Positions 53,057 to 64,000 of a stretch of DNA of 64,000 bases are shown here, in pieces. The DNA comes from Anolis carolinensis. Taxonomy: Eukaryota. Below the pieces are notes generated by a model, which searched no databases, was not told the origin of the DNA, and worked only from the letters and a program-made list of their open reading frames with translations. The stretch covers positions 255,684,812 through 255,748,811 of the forward strand of contig NC_085844.1 of the NCBI RefSeq assembly GCF_035594765.1, read 5' to 3'. The position numbers were made by a program, and so were the translations under genes. Within the stretch, counting starts at the first letter, position 1; every line of letters starts with the position of its first letter.

Positions 53057-53589
53057 CTGTGGGGCAGATCGGGAAGGAAGCGTCAGGATCAGCGTCTACC
53101 CAACCTCTGGCCTTCCAGCGCTTTGTGGCTTCATCTCTCATGAGCCATGACCATTGAGGCTTCTGGGAGCTGGAGCACAAAACACACAGGAGACTGGAGT
53201 TTGGGAATCATTTGCCCAGATCAGCTGGGTCCCCTCCCCACAGCAAAGCCCCACGGCGAACAGCAGGCAGGCAGGTTATGGCCACTACCCCGTACGAAGC
53301 ACTAGCGCACACACAGGCACACACGCTCCCTCACGCCACAGGTGGGTCCCCCAAGCAAAGCAGGTGAGGCAGAGGCAGCAACAACGGCCAGGGGAGAGTT
53401 ACCTGAGGCTCTTCTGAGCCAGCCGTGCCCAAACCGCAGCAGAAGAGAAGAAAGAAGAGAGAAGAGTCAGGGGTCCCGGTGCGGACAAGGGAAGGGTGGC
53501 TGCAGGCACAAGAAGGGGCTTCTCCCTGAGTCAAAAGTGTGATGCGGCTGCTCAAAAAGCCAATGCGATTCTAGGATGTGGCTTTAACA

Positions 53590-56163
53590 CAGCTGGATAA
53601 TCACCAGCAGCAATAGATCTCTACCGACTGAAAGGTTGGCAGTTCGAAGCCTGGGTCGGGGTGAGCACCCAACCTTCAGCCCAGCTCACTGTCCACCAGC
53701 TGGATAATCACCAGCAGCAATAGATCTCTACCGACTGAAAGGTTGGCAGTTCGAAGCCTGGGTCGGGGTGAGCACCCAACCTTCAGCCCAGCTCACTGTC
53801 CACCAGCTGGATAATCACCAGCAGCAATAGATCTCTACCGACTGAAAGGTTGGCAGTTCGAAGCCTGGGTCGGGGTGAGCACCCAACCTTCAGCCCAGCT
53901 CACTGTCCACCAGCTGGATAATCACCAGCAGCAATAGATCTCTACCGACTGAAAGGTTGGCAGTTCGAAGCCTGGGTCGGGGTGAGCACCCAACCTTCAG
54001 CCCAGCTCACTGTCCACCAGCTGGATAATCACCAGCAGCAATAGATCTCTACCGACTGAAAGGTTGGCAGTTCGAAGCCTGGGTCGGGGTGAGCACCCAA
54101 CCTTCAGCCCAGCTCACTGTCCACCAGCTGGATAATCACCAGCAGCAATAGATCTCTACCGACTGAAAGGTTGGCAGTTCGAAGCCTGGGTCGGGGTGAG
54201 CACCCAACCTTCAGCCCAGCTCACTGTCCACCAGCTGGATGATCACCACCAGCAATAGATCTCTACCGACTGAAAGGTTGGCAGTTCGAAGCCTGGGTCG
54301 GGGGTGAGCACCCAACCTTCAGCCCAGCTCACTGTCCACCAGCTGGATAATCACCAGCAGCAATAGATCTCTACCGACTGAAAGGTTGGCAGTTCGAAGC
54401 CTGGGTCGGGGTGAGCACCCAACCTTCAGCCCAGCTCACTGTCCACCAGCTGGATAATCACCAGCAGCAATAGATCTCTACCGACTGAAAGGTTGGCAGT
54501 TCGAAGCCTGGGTCGGGGGTGAGCACCCAACCTTCAGCCCAGCTCACTGTCCACCAGCTGGATAATCACCAGCAGCAATAGATCTCTACCGACTGAAAGG
54601 TTGGCAGTTCGAAGCCTCGGTCGGGGTGAGCACCCAACCTTCAGCCCAGCTCACTGTCCACCAGCTGGATAATCACCAGCAGCAATAGATCTCTACCGAC
54701 TGAAAGGTTGGCAGTTCGAAGCCTGGGTCGGGGTGAGCACCCAACCTTCAGCCCAGCTCACTGTCCACCAGCTGGATAATCACCAGCAGCAATAGATCTC
54801 TACCGACTGAAAGGTTGGCAGTTCGAAGCCTGGGTCGGGGTGAGCACCCAACCTTCAGCCCAGCTCACTGTCCACCAGCTGGATAATCACCAGCAGCAAT
54901 AGATCTCTACCGACTGAAAGGTTGGCAGTTCGAAGCCTGGGTCGGGGTGAGCACCCAACCTTCAGCCCAGCTCACTGTCCACCAGCTGGATAATCACCAG
55001 CAGCAATAGATCTCTACCGACTGAAAGGTTGGCAGTTCGAAGCCTGGGTCGGGGTGAGCACCCAACCTTCAGCCCAGCTCACTGTCCACCAGCTGGATGA
55101 TCACCACCAGCAATAGATCTCTACCGACTGAAAGGTTGGCAGTTCGAAGCCTGGGTCGGGGGTGAGCACCCAACCTTCAGCCCAGCTCACTGTCCACCAG
55201 CTGGATAATCACCAGCAGCAATAGATCTCTACCGACTGAAAGGTTGGCAGTTCGAAGCCTGGGTCGGGGTGAGCACCCAACCTTCAGCCCAGCTCACTGT
55301 CCACCAGCTGGATAATCACCAGCAGCAATAGATCTCTACCGACTGAAAGGTTGGCAGTTCGAAGCCTGGGTCGGGGGTGAGCACCCAACCTTCAGCCCAG
55401 CTCACTGTCCACCAGCTGGATAATCACCAGCAGCAATAGATCTCTACCGACTGAAAGGTTGGCAGTTCGAAGCCTGGGTCGGGGTGAGCACCCAACCTTC
55501 AGCCCAGCTCACTGTCCACCAGCTGGATAATCACCAGCAGCAATAGATCTCTACCGACTGAAAGGTTGGCAGTTCGAAGCCTGGGTCGGGGTGAGCACCC
55601 AACCTTCAGCCCAGCTCACTGTCCACCAGCTGGATAATCACCAGCAGCAATAGATCTCTACCGACTGAAAGGTTGGCAGTTCGAAGCCTGGGTCGGGGTG
55701 AGCACCCAACCTTCAGCCCAGCTCACTGTCCACCAGCTGGATAATCACCAGCAGCAATAGATCTCTACCGACTGAAAGGTTGGCAGTTCGAAGCCTGGGT
55801 CGGGGTGAGCACCCAACCTTCAGCCCAGCTCACTGTCCACCAGCTGGATAATCACCAGCAGCAATAGATCTCTACCGACTGAAAGGTTGGCAGTTCGAAG
55901 CCTGGGTCGGGGTGAGCACCCAACCTTCAGCCCAGCTCACTGTCCACCAGCTGGATAATCACCAGCAGCACTAGATCTCTACCGACTGAAAGGTTGGCAG
56001 TTCGAAGCCTGGGTCGGGGGTGAGCACCCAACCTTCAGCCCAGCTCACTGTCCACCAGCTGGATAATCACCAGCAGCAATAGATCTCTACCGACTGAAAG
56101 GTTGGCAGTTCGAAGCCTGGGTCGGGGGTGAGCACCCAACCTTCAGCCCAGCTCACTGTCCAC
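53590..56163 (+). repeat. 24 x 107/108-bp tandem array of a tRNA-derived SINE head; SINE body continues to ~56390
   Basis: 2574 bp = 24x107+6. The unit carries B-box GTTCGAAGC and is homologous to the single head at 56802-56930. Confidence 0.93.
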
Positions 56164-56801
56164 CTAAGCAGGTTGAAAACAGCTGTGAGCTGAGAAGTTA
56201 GGCACAGCTTAAGCGAGGGAGTGTTTTACAGCACCATAAAAAGGAAATACCAGCAATGCCGGTGACCAAAGAACAAGAGGAAAAAAATATGATCAAGGGC
56301 TCGTAATCATAGTGGTTGGAGTGACAGCACCCTCCTGTGGCCAGAACTGAGCACAACGTCCAGGACGCCGAAGTTGCAAAAATGTCAACATAAGACTGGA
56401 GAGACTCCCGGCCCTGCAGGTGTTTTGGACTGCAACTCCCACCATTCCCGACAGCCTCAGGCCCTTTCCTTTTCCCCCTCAGCCGCTTAAGCGGCTGAGG
56501 GGGAAAAGGAAGGGGCCTGAGGCTGTCGGGAATGGTGGGAGTTGCAGTCCAAAACACCTGAAGAGAAGGCCAAAGTTGGCCCGTGCCTGAAGTAGAACAA
56601 AACGGAGCAATCAAATCAAAATTACAGGAAAAGAGATTCCACCTAAACACTGGGAAGAGCTTCCTGTTGGTCACAGCAGTTCGGGAGAGGAATATGTGTC
56701 TGACTTGAGATGCTCCTTCCTCCTCTGCAGGTTTTCATCCAGAGGCTGGGTGGCCATCTGCCAAGAGGGTTTGGGTTCTGTCTTCCTACCTGACAGGGCA
56801 G

Positions 56802-58220
56802 GGCTATAGCACAGCAAGTTAACCACCAGCTGTAATAAATCTTAACAATCGAACGGTGGGCAGTTCGAAGCCCGGGTCGAGGTGAGCACCCGTCCTTCAG
56901 CCCAGCTCACTGCCCACCTAGCAGATCGAAAACAGCTGTGGGTAGATAAATAAGTATTGCTTAAGTGGGGAGGTATTTTAAGTAGTACCTCAAGGAAGTA
57001 CAGTAGAGTCTCGCTTATCCAACATAAATGGGCCATCAGAATGTTGGATAAGCAAAATGTTGGATAATATGGAGGGATAAGGAAATCCCTCACCCCATTC
57101 TCTCTCTCTCTCATGGACTCTGGAGGCAAGTGGATGCTGAAGGGGTGGAGGGCATGGTGGATGCGGGGTGGACGGAAGAGCCGGCGAGAAGCCTAGCCAT
57201 CCTCCTTGGCCAAAGGGCTCTCTCAGTGTGTCTTCTCTCCTGGCAAGCACCCGGCGCTTGGAGAGGCCCACTGCGGATTGCTGCCTAGAAAAACAGATGT
57301 TTCTCACCAATGCGCAGCAGGCCTCTCCAAGTGCCGGGTGCCAGGAGGGAAAAGTCTCTGCGTCGTTGGCTCTGCAGCAAGCGCTCAAGGAGGTCCGAGA
57401 AGAGAATTGTGGAAGGGATTGTGCTGTCCCTGGGCTGCACTTTCTCTGCACCTTGTCTTCCTTGTGGGTGCCCGTCGGGAGGGAAAAGTCTTCACCAGCT
57501 GTGTCTTGTTCCGCCTGGTAAGCACCCGGCGCTTGGAGAGGACCACTGACATTGCAGCAACATTCAGCGGTCCTCTCCAAGCATGGGGTGCTTGCCAGGA
57601 GGGATGAGACGTGGCTGGCACACTTTTCCCTCCCAGCAAGCACCTGCCACTTGGAGAGGCCTGCTGCGCATTGCTGAGAAACAGCTGTTTTCTAGGCAGC
57701 ATTGTGCAGCGGGCCTCTCCAAGTGGCAGGTGCTTGCTGGGAGGGAAAAGTCTGCGCCGGCCGTATTTTGTTCCTCCCGGCAAGCGCCCTGAGCTTGAAG
57801 AGGCCTGCTGCATGTTGCTGCCTCAAAAAACAGCTGTTTCTCGGCCTCTCTGAGCGTTGGTCACCCGCCAGGAGGGGTGAGACGCAGCCAGCGCACTGAA
57901 CAATACGGAGTGTTGGATAACCGAAAGTGGGATAACCGAGACTCTACTGTACCAGAAAAATGCTGTTGATCCAAAAAAAGGAGGAAGTTTGTGAACAGGG
58001 CTCTTTGACATGGAGGATGGGGCGACAGTACTCCCCGTGACCCGAATAGAGCACAACCTCCAGGACGCCGAAGATGGGAAATACCTATATACCTCTATCT
58101 GTCATGTCTGGGTATAAGCGCATGGAATGCTTGCTTTATATGTATTCTGTGATCCGCCCAAGTCTCCTTTGGGGTGAGAAGGGCGGAATATAAATACTGT
58201 AAATAAAAATAAATAAATAA
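56802..58220 (+). mobile_element. tRNA-head/L2-tail SINE split by a mariner-type element (57001-57949) with internal inverted repeats
   Basis: A/B boxes at the 5' end; body resumes at ~57950 and matches 56240-56375; L2-type tail. The insert has cagtagagtctcg/cgagactctactg TIRs and a TA TSD. Confidence 0.75.
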
Positions 58221-58380
58221 GGACGGGATGGGCTGGATAGTTTTGGAAAGAAGGGCTCTGTCTGAGTGATAGCAAGGCAGCGCTCCTCTTCCTCCCTCCC
58301 TTGAGAAGAGAGCCTCCAGGTGTCCCAGGCTGAGAGGTGACACTGGAAGCCCAAAGCCCAGAGGAGCCAGGCATGATGTG

Positions 58381-58635
58381 ATGACTCATGGGACATGTAG
58401 TCCCGTTCCTAGTACTATTGTGGCAGATGAAGAGGAAAACTTGGGTTTTCCACCGTTTCAGTCAGAATTGGAGCCCTTGCACCTGCAAGATGTTTGGCCA
58501 CGAGAAGTCAGCCAAACAAGCCTTGAGCAGAAATCTCCCCCATTTTCTCGCCGGGATTATTATAATCAAGATAGAAGCGCTCGGGAGGCGACTCGCAGGA
58601 GCGCCAGGATAGCTGCCAGACAATTAGCTGATTAA
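58381..58635 (+). CDS. LTR-encoded small protein A (84 aa) ending RRSARIAARQLAD
   Basis: Paralogous to 58753-59043, with codon-level conservation. Confidence 0.6.
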   Translation: MTHGTCSPVPSTIVADEEENLGFPPFQSELEPLHLQDVWPREVSQTSLEQKSPPFSRRDYYNQDRSAREATRRSARIAARQLAD

Positions 58636-58752
58636 GTCTGTTTCCCTTGGGAAACTTTAAGGAGTCAAGCATCTGGACACAGTATGGGTTTCATTTCTTG
58701 TTCCCCAGGGAAAGTGTTCCTTGGCGGGAAAACAAGATCCTATATAGGTGTG

Positions 58753-59043
58753 ATGACCCATGGGCCTTGTAGTCCTGCTCAGGACATGGTAATTCCTGAT
58801 GAAGATGAAAACTTGGGTTTTTTACCTTCCCAGTCTGAACTGGATTCCTCTCAGCCAGATCTTTCCCAGGCAGATCTGGGAACCTTGCACCTGCAAGAAA
58901 GTTGTCTCCCAGAAGTATGTCAAACAAGCCCAGAGCCTACTTCTCCCGTGTTCTTGCGCCGGGAGTTTTGTAAACAACAGAGAAGTTTGGATTCAGCTTC
59001 GCGCAGGAGTGCAAGAATTGCAGCTAAGAATGTAGCCAATTAA
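58753..59043 (+). CDS. LTR-encoded small protein B (96 aa; alternative starts 58684 and 58786) ending RRSARIAAKNVAN
   Basis: 47/84 identical to protein A by hand alignment, 36-bp in-frame indel, same stop position. Confidence 0.6.
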   Translation: MTHGPCSPAQDMVIPDEDENLGFLPSQSELDSSQPDLSQADLGTLHLQESCLPEVCQTSPEPTSPVFLRREFCKQQRSLDSASRRSARIAAKNVAN

Positions 59044-59762
59044 GACTGCTTCTCGTGAGAATCTTTAAGGAGTTTAACATCTGGTCTCAGAGTTTAGCTT
59101 TCGTTTCTGATTCCCAGAGAACTGCTTCGGTGGGAAAGTTAGACTCTATATAGGTGTTTTGCCCGCGTAGTAACTTCGCGGAGTCAATTCGTCAGCCTAC
59201 GGAGCGAGTTGTGTCTGGACAGCGCGCTCCGGTTCAAGCCTCGCTCCTGCTCAAGCCTTGCCTTGCTATCCAGCCTTCGCCTTGCTTCCCAGCCTTTGTT
59301 TATCTACGGACTTTGCCTTGTTTCCCAGGATCAATCCTTGCCTTGTTCCACGGATTTATCAAGTTATTCCACGGACCTTGTTCTTGTTCTTAGTTACCTT
59401 GTTCCACGTTCAAGCCTTGTTTCAAGTATCAAGTTATTTCCTAGCCTCGCTCAAGTTTCATGGACTAAAGGACCTTGTCATCTCCCCTCACTTTGCTTGG
59501 CAAAGTGAGTGTTTCGGTTATTGGATTACAACTTTGGACCTTAATATTTCATATTGGACATTATTTCTTTGGACTAATTTTGACCTTTCCTGAAAGGTCT
59601 GCTTCTGGACTATCTTTTACATTTGCTTTTACTAACTTTATATATTTCCTTAATAAAGATATTAGATAGAATCTGGCCTCTGCGTATGGTTATTGGTGCT
59701 CTGTAGCCTGGGTCGTGACAGTTTGACTCCGCCGCCCTAAGCACCAATTAACCTCGGCCAGA

Positions 59763-60749
59763 ATGTCTACCGGAACCGTGCCCGGTGGGCAGCCACTGAG
59801 CTACACCATCAGCAAGGACGAAGTGGATCGCATCCGCGACAGACTCAACGCCCAGGATGGAGAAATAAAGGGCTTGCGGGAGCGCGGAATCCGCCTCCCG
59901 GCCATGGCGTTGCCTACCAAGTTTACTGGAGAAGCTTCTAAGGTTCATGTTTTCCGTCGCCAATGTCAAGCTTATCTAGAGGCCCGTGATGCCGAGTTTC
60001 CCCAAGAAGACATCAAAGTGGCGTGGGTTTACAGTCTTCTAGACGGGCCAGCGGCCAATTGGGCGACGGCACTGTTCGACCAAGCCTCTCCACACCTAAG
60101 ATCAGCGCAACACTTCTTGGACCACCTCAAGGAGACTTGGGGAATCGAGGACAATTTGGAGGCAGCCGGTCACAAACTCCGTCGCCTTTTCCAAGGAGAC
60201 AGACCTATGTCTCAGTATATAGCCGAGTTCCGAGTGCTGGCCCACAACACCGGCTGGAACGATGTAGCCCTCAGAGGACAATTCCGGGAGGGTCTCAACA
60301 TTGAAATGCTGGAAGAAATCTCCAAGGTGGATCCTCCCCAGACCCTCGAGGCACTCATTGATCAATGTTTACGGGCTGAAGTCATGATTGCCAACAGGAA
60401 ACAGTGGGTTCGAGGCCAGGGCAGTAGAGCCGGGGCAAAACCCCCCGCTCCCGCCAGCGTTCAGCCACGTCCAGTGTGGAGACCCCCACCGCCAACCCCA
60501 TACCCCAGAGGAGGCGAGGAGGTGCCGATGCAGTTGGGCAATGTGCGTCCCAGACTAGATGCCGCCGAGAAGGCCCGTCGTCAACGCTTAAACCTCTGTT
60601 GGTACTGCGGGAACGGGGGCCACTTCGCCAGAGAGTGCCCAGCCAAAGGGAAGCCTGCCGCCCGTCTTGCGGCGGCGTCCTCCACGGAGACGAAGGCGTC
60701 TGAGCCGACTGGCACACAGCCGGCGGGGGAAGCCAACGACCGGGTGTAG
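59763..60749 (+). CDS. gag: Gag (PEG10/sushi-like capsid + CCHC knuckle)
   Basis: LPTKFTG, LLDGPAANW, QG..MSQYIAEFR, FREGLN, EVPMQLG, CWYCGNGGHFAREC. Confidence 0.95.
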   Translation: MSTGTVPGGQPLSYTISKDEVDRIRDRLNAQDGEIKGLRERGIRLPAMALPTKFTGEASKVHVFRRQCQAYLEARDAEFPQEDIKVAWVYSLLDGPAANWATALFDQASPHLRSAQHFLDHLKETWGIEDNLEAAGHKLRRLFQGDRPMSQYIAEFRVLAHNTGWNDVALRGQFREGLNIEMLEEISKVDPPQTLEALIDQCLRAEVMIANRKQWVRGQGSRAGAKPPAPASVQPRPVWRPPPPTPYPRGGEEVPMQLGNVRPRLDAAEKARRQRLNLCWYCGNGGHFARECPAKGKPAARLAAASSTETKASEPTGTQPAGEANDRV

Positions 60750-63700
60750 AGAGGCTCGCCAACCCGGTCAAAAAATCCATTCAAGAGCCGCCAACCGGGG
60801 TCCTGTTCCTTCTCGTGGTCACATTATGGTCAGCAAAAAGGGGACCCGTCATGATCCACGCCATGATAGACTCTGGAGCTACCAACAATTTCATTGATAG
60901 AGAGTATGCCGACTCTCTGGGATTACAATATCATGATTTCAAGAATGCCCGTGTGGTGCAAGCCATAGACGGCCGCCCCCTCAAGACGGGCCCCGTAAGT
61001 CAGTGGTCGGAACCCACCAGGATGTGGATAAGGGAACATATGGAAGAGATTTCCTTCTTTGTTACCGAGGTTCCCCATTTCCCTGTGATTTTGGGAATTC
61101 CATGGCTGACTCTCCACGACCCTAACATCTCCTGGTCCAACAGAGAACTGCAGTTTGCTTCACCGTACTGCCAAAACCATTGCCTCGTAGCCAAGGTCTG
61201 CCATGCCACGGACACCGAGCCCATCATCACCTTGCCAAAGAAGTACTCCGAGTATTGGGATGTATTCAATGAGAAAGAAGCCGAAAAATTACCCCCACAT
61301 AGACCTTATGACTGTGCCATTGACTTGGTGGAGGGGGCCCCGATCCCGCGAGGGCATCTCTACTCCCTGACTGAACCAGAGCAAGAAGCTCTCGGGGAAT
61401 TCATAGAGACAAACCTTCGCAAGGGATTCATCAGACCCTCTCAATCCCCAGCCGCCTCCCCAGTGATGTTTGTGAAGAAGAAGTCAGGGGAACTACGCTT
61501 GGTGGTGGACTACAGAGCATTGAACAATATCACCAAGCGGAACAGCTATCCCCTGCCCTTAATCTCGGATCTACTGGATCGGCTTCGAGGAGCCAAGGTT
61601 TACACCAAGCTGGACCTTCGGGGGGCTTACAACTTAGTTCGCATCAGGGAAGGGGACGAGTGGAAGACCGCCTTCCAGACCAAATTCGGATTATTCGAGT
61701 CCCGAGTTATGAATTTCGGTTTATGCGGAGCTCCCGCAACGTTCCAGCATTTTGTCAATGACATTTTTCAGGACTATCTAGACAGGTTCTTGATAATCTA
61801 CCTGGACGATTTTTTGGTGTTTTCTAGATCACAATCAGAACATGAGAACCACGTCAAAATGGTGTTACAACGATTGCGGGATCATGGACTTTATGCCAAG
61901 CTGGAAAAATGCGCCTTTGATCTACAAGAGGTAGATTTCCTTGGTTACCGCATCTCGCCTCTAGGGCTTTCCATGGATCCAGCCAAGGTTTCAGCAGTAT
62001 TGGAATGGCGGGCGCCAACTAACAAGAAAGAGGTGCAGCGTTTCTTGGGGTTCGCGAACTATTACCGCAAGTTCATTCCAGATTTTGCCCGCTGGTCCGA
62101 CCCCATCACTAGCTGCATCCGTGGAAAGCAGCCTTTCCGCTGGACTGATCAAGCAGAGAAAGGGTTCCAGCAACTAAAGAAACTATTCACCTCCCAGCCA
62201 ATTCTACAGCGCCCAAATCCTGGAACCCCTTTTGTTGTGCAAGCGGACGCCTCAGATGTGGCAATTGGGGCTGTACTCTTACAACCGGTGGGAGATCACC
62301 TCCATCCCTGTGCCTTTTACTCTCGTCAACTAACCACACCAGAGAGGAATTACACCATTTGGGAAAAAGAACTACTGGCCATAAAGGCAGCCTTTGAAAC
62401 TTGGAGACATTGGCTAGAAGGGGCCAAATTTCCCATTGAAGTCCACACTGATCATCGTAATCTAGAACATCTAAGAACTGCCCGCAAACTAAATCAGAGG
62501 CAGCAACGTTGGGCTTTATTCTTCGAACGTTTCGACTTCCAGATTCATTATGTGACCCCAGCCCAGACCAAGCAAGCAGACGCCCTGTCACGTAAACCGG
62601 AATACGCTGCAGGACGCAAGGAGACCTTTGAATCCCAACTACTACAACCCGAGAACTTTGCCACGCTCACAGTGGGGAACACCAAATCCATTCCCATTGG
62701 TTCAACTTCCTCTACTCCAGGACCCCTCTGTGCTCAAGAAATCAGGGCTAGTCAGCAAGCAGATGCCTGGGCGCAGGACCAACTTCGCCAAGGTCTGCAT
62801 TTTCCCTTTTCGCTTAAGGATGGGCTGCTTTGCTATAGAAATCATGTTTATATCCCACCCGGACCGGGCAGGGAAAAAGCGCTTCGTCTGTGTCATGATT
62901 GCAAACCAGCAGGACACTTCGGACTATTTAAAACCATGCATCTGATCCTAAGGGATTTTTGGTGGCCCAAGATCCGCAAGGATGTGGAAAAATATGTCAA
63001 CACCTGCCCAGTATGCCAGCGCTCCAAGATAAGAAGGGAGAAGCCCTCAGGACTTTTACACCCCCTTCCTACCCCATCTCGCCCATGGGAAATAATTTCT
63101 GCGGATTTCATCACTGACCTACCACCTTCCTGTGGATTCACCACGATCTTAGTGGTGGTGGACCTTTTCACCAAGTTAGCCCATTTCATTCCCTGCGAAG
63201 GCCTCCCCACGGCCAAAGAGACTGCGGATCTATTCCTTCAACATGTTTTCAGACTACATGGATTGCCCAAGAGTTTAGTCACAGACCGTGGATCTCAATT
63301 CACCTCTCGTTTTTGGAAGGCGCTACAAAAACTATTGGGCATAGACTCTCGCTTATCTTCAGCTCATCATCCCCAAACAGATGGGCAAACGGAGCGCACC
63401 AATGCCACTTTGGAGCAGTATCTTCGCTGTTATGTAAACTACCAACAGGACAATTGGGCTTCTCTGTTACCACTGTCTGAGTTTGCCTACAACAATGGAG
63501 TTCAAGCTTCTACAAAAGAAACGCCGTTCTTTGCAAACTACGGCTTCCATCCACGTTTCTTTCCCCCTGTCATTGAAACTTCAGAAGTTCCCGCAGCAGA
63601 GGATTGGCTGCAGGAACTCACAGCGGTACAACAACTTTTGCTCCAGCAACTGGACCAAGCCAAGGAGGACTATAAACGCCACGCTGACAAACATCGCCAG

Positions 63701-64000
63701 CCGGGCCCCGAAATCAAGGTAGGAGATCGGGTTTTTCTGTCCACTCGCTTTCTGCCCTCCCACCGCCCTTGCCGGAAATTAGATGCCCGTTTCATTGGCC
63801 CCTATCCAGTGGTGGCGCAATTAAACCCCGTGACTTTCAAACTCCAACTTCCGCGTTCAATGCGCATTCACCCAGTGTTTCACCGTTCCCTGCTCCTTCC
63901 GGCGGATGGTGTGCGTCCTGATACAGACCAACCGGCCCCCCCTCCTGTTTTGATGAATGGGGAGGAGGAGTTCGAGGTTGAGGACATTTTGGATTCTCGC
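60704..64000 (+). CDS. pol: Pol (PR-RT-RNase H-IN-chromodomain), -1 frame to gag, truncated by the window edge
   Basis: IDSGAT, YLDD, ADASD, HHCC, ADF..TDRG..TE, GPY and EFEVEDILDSR all fall in one frame (position mod 3 = 2). Absent from the ORF track, consistent with no stop inside the window. Confidence 0.93.

Larger units (their letters stand above)
58377..59720 (+). mobile_element. 5' LTR (1344 bp) of a Gypsy chromovirus, with duplicated U3
   Basis: TGTGATGAC...GTCGTGACA ends, TATATA at 58741 and 59147, AATAAA near 59652. Confidence 0.85.

Noticed and set aside
53590-56163. CRISPR-like or retrozyme array
   Set aside because: No unique spacers and no CUGANGA hammerhead core; explained as a SINE-head tandem repeat.

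Overview
Vertebrate, very probably squamate (Anolis-like) DNA, judged from Sauria-type SINEs and the L2/CR1/Dong/Penelope content. The window holds the conserved block NEURL2(+), SPATA25(+), ZSWIM1(-), ZSWIM3(-), ACOT8(+), SNX21(-, last exon only). Splice sites and exon phases were resolved by hand and give open spliced reading frames. Introns and intergenic DNA are packed with transposons: CR1, L2, Dong/R4, Penelope, SINEs, Tc1/mariner-type MITEs, hAT, Helitron-like elements and solo LTRs. There are also two ~2-2.6 kb tandem arrays, an RPS20 processed pseudogene, and an apparently intact chromodomain Gypsy element that runs off the right edge. The most striking observation is in that element's 1.34-kb LTR. 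It has two diverged U3 modules, each encoding a small protein ending in RRSARIAA, which resembles the HMGN nucleosome-binding core RRSARLSA. The motif is conserved through six consecutive synonymous changes, which points to selection at the protein level. Other highlights: a self-priming PBS and a non-canonical -1 frameshift signal in the same element; 24 tandem SINE heads, each with a Pol III B-box; an intact minimal hammerhead ribozyme beside the ZSWIM3/ACOT8 promoter; interlocked uORFs on ZSWIM1; and two MITEs flanked by unusually long direct duplications. No database searches were run; family names come from motif recognition.
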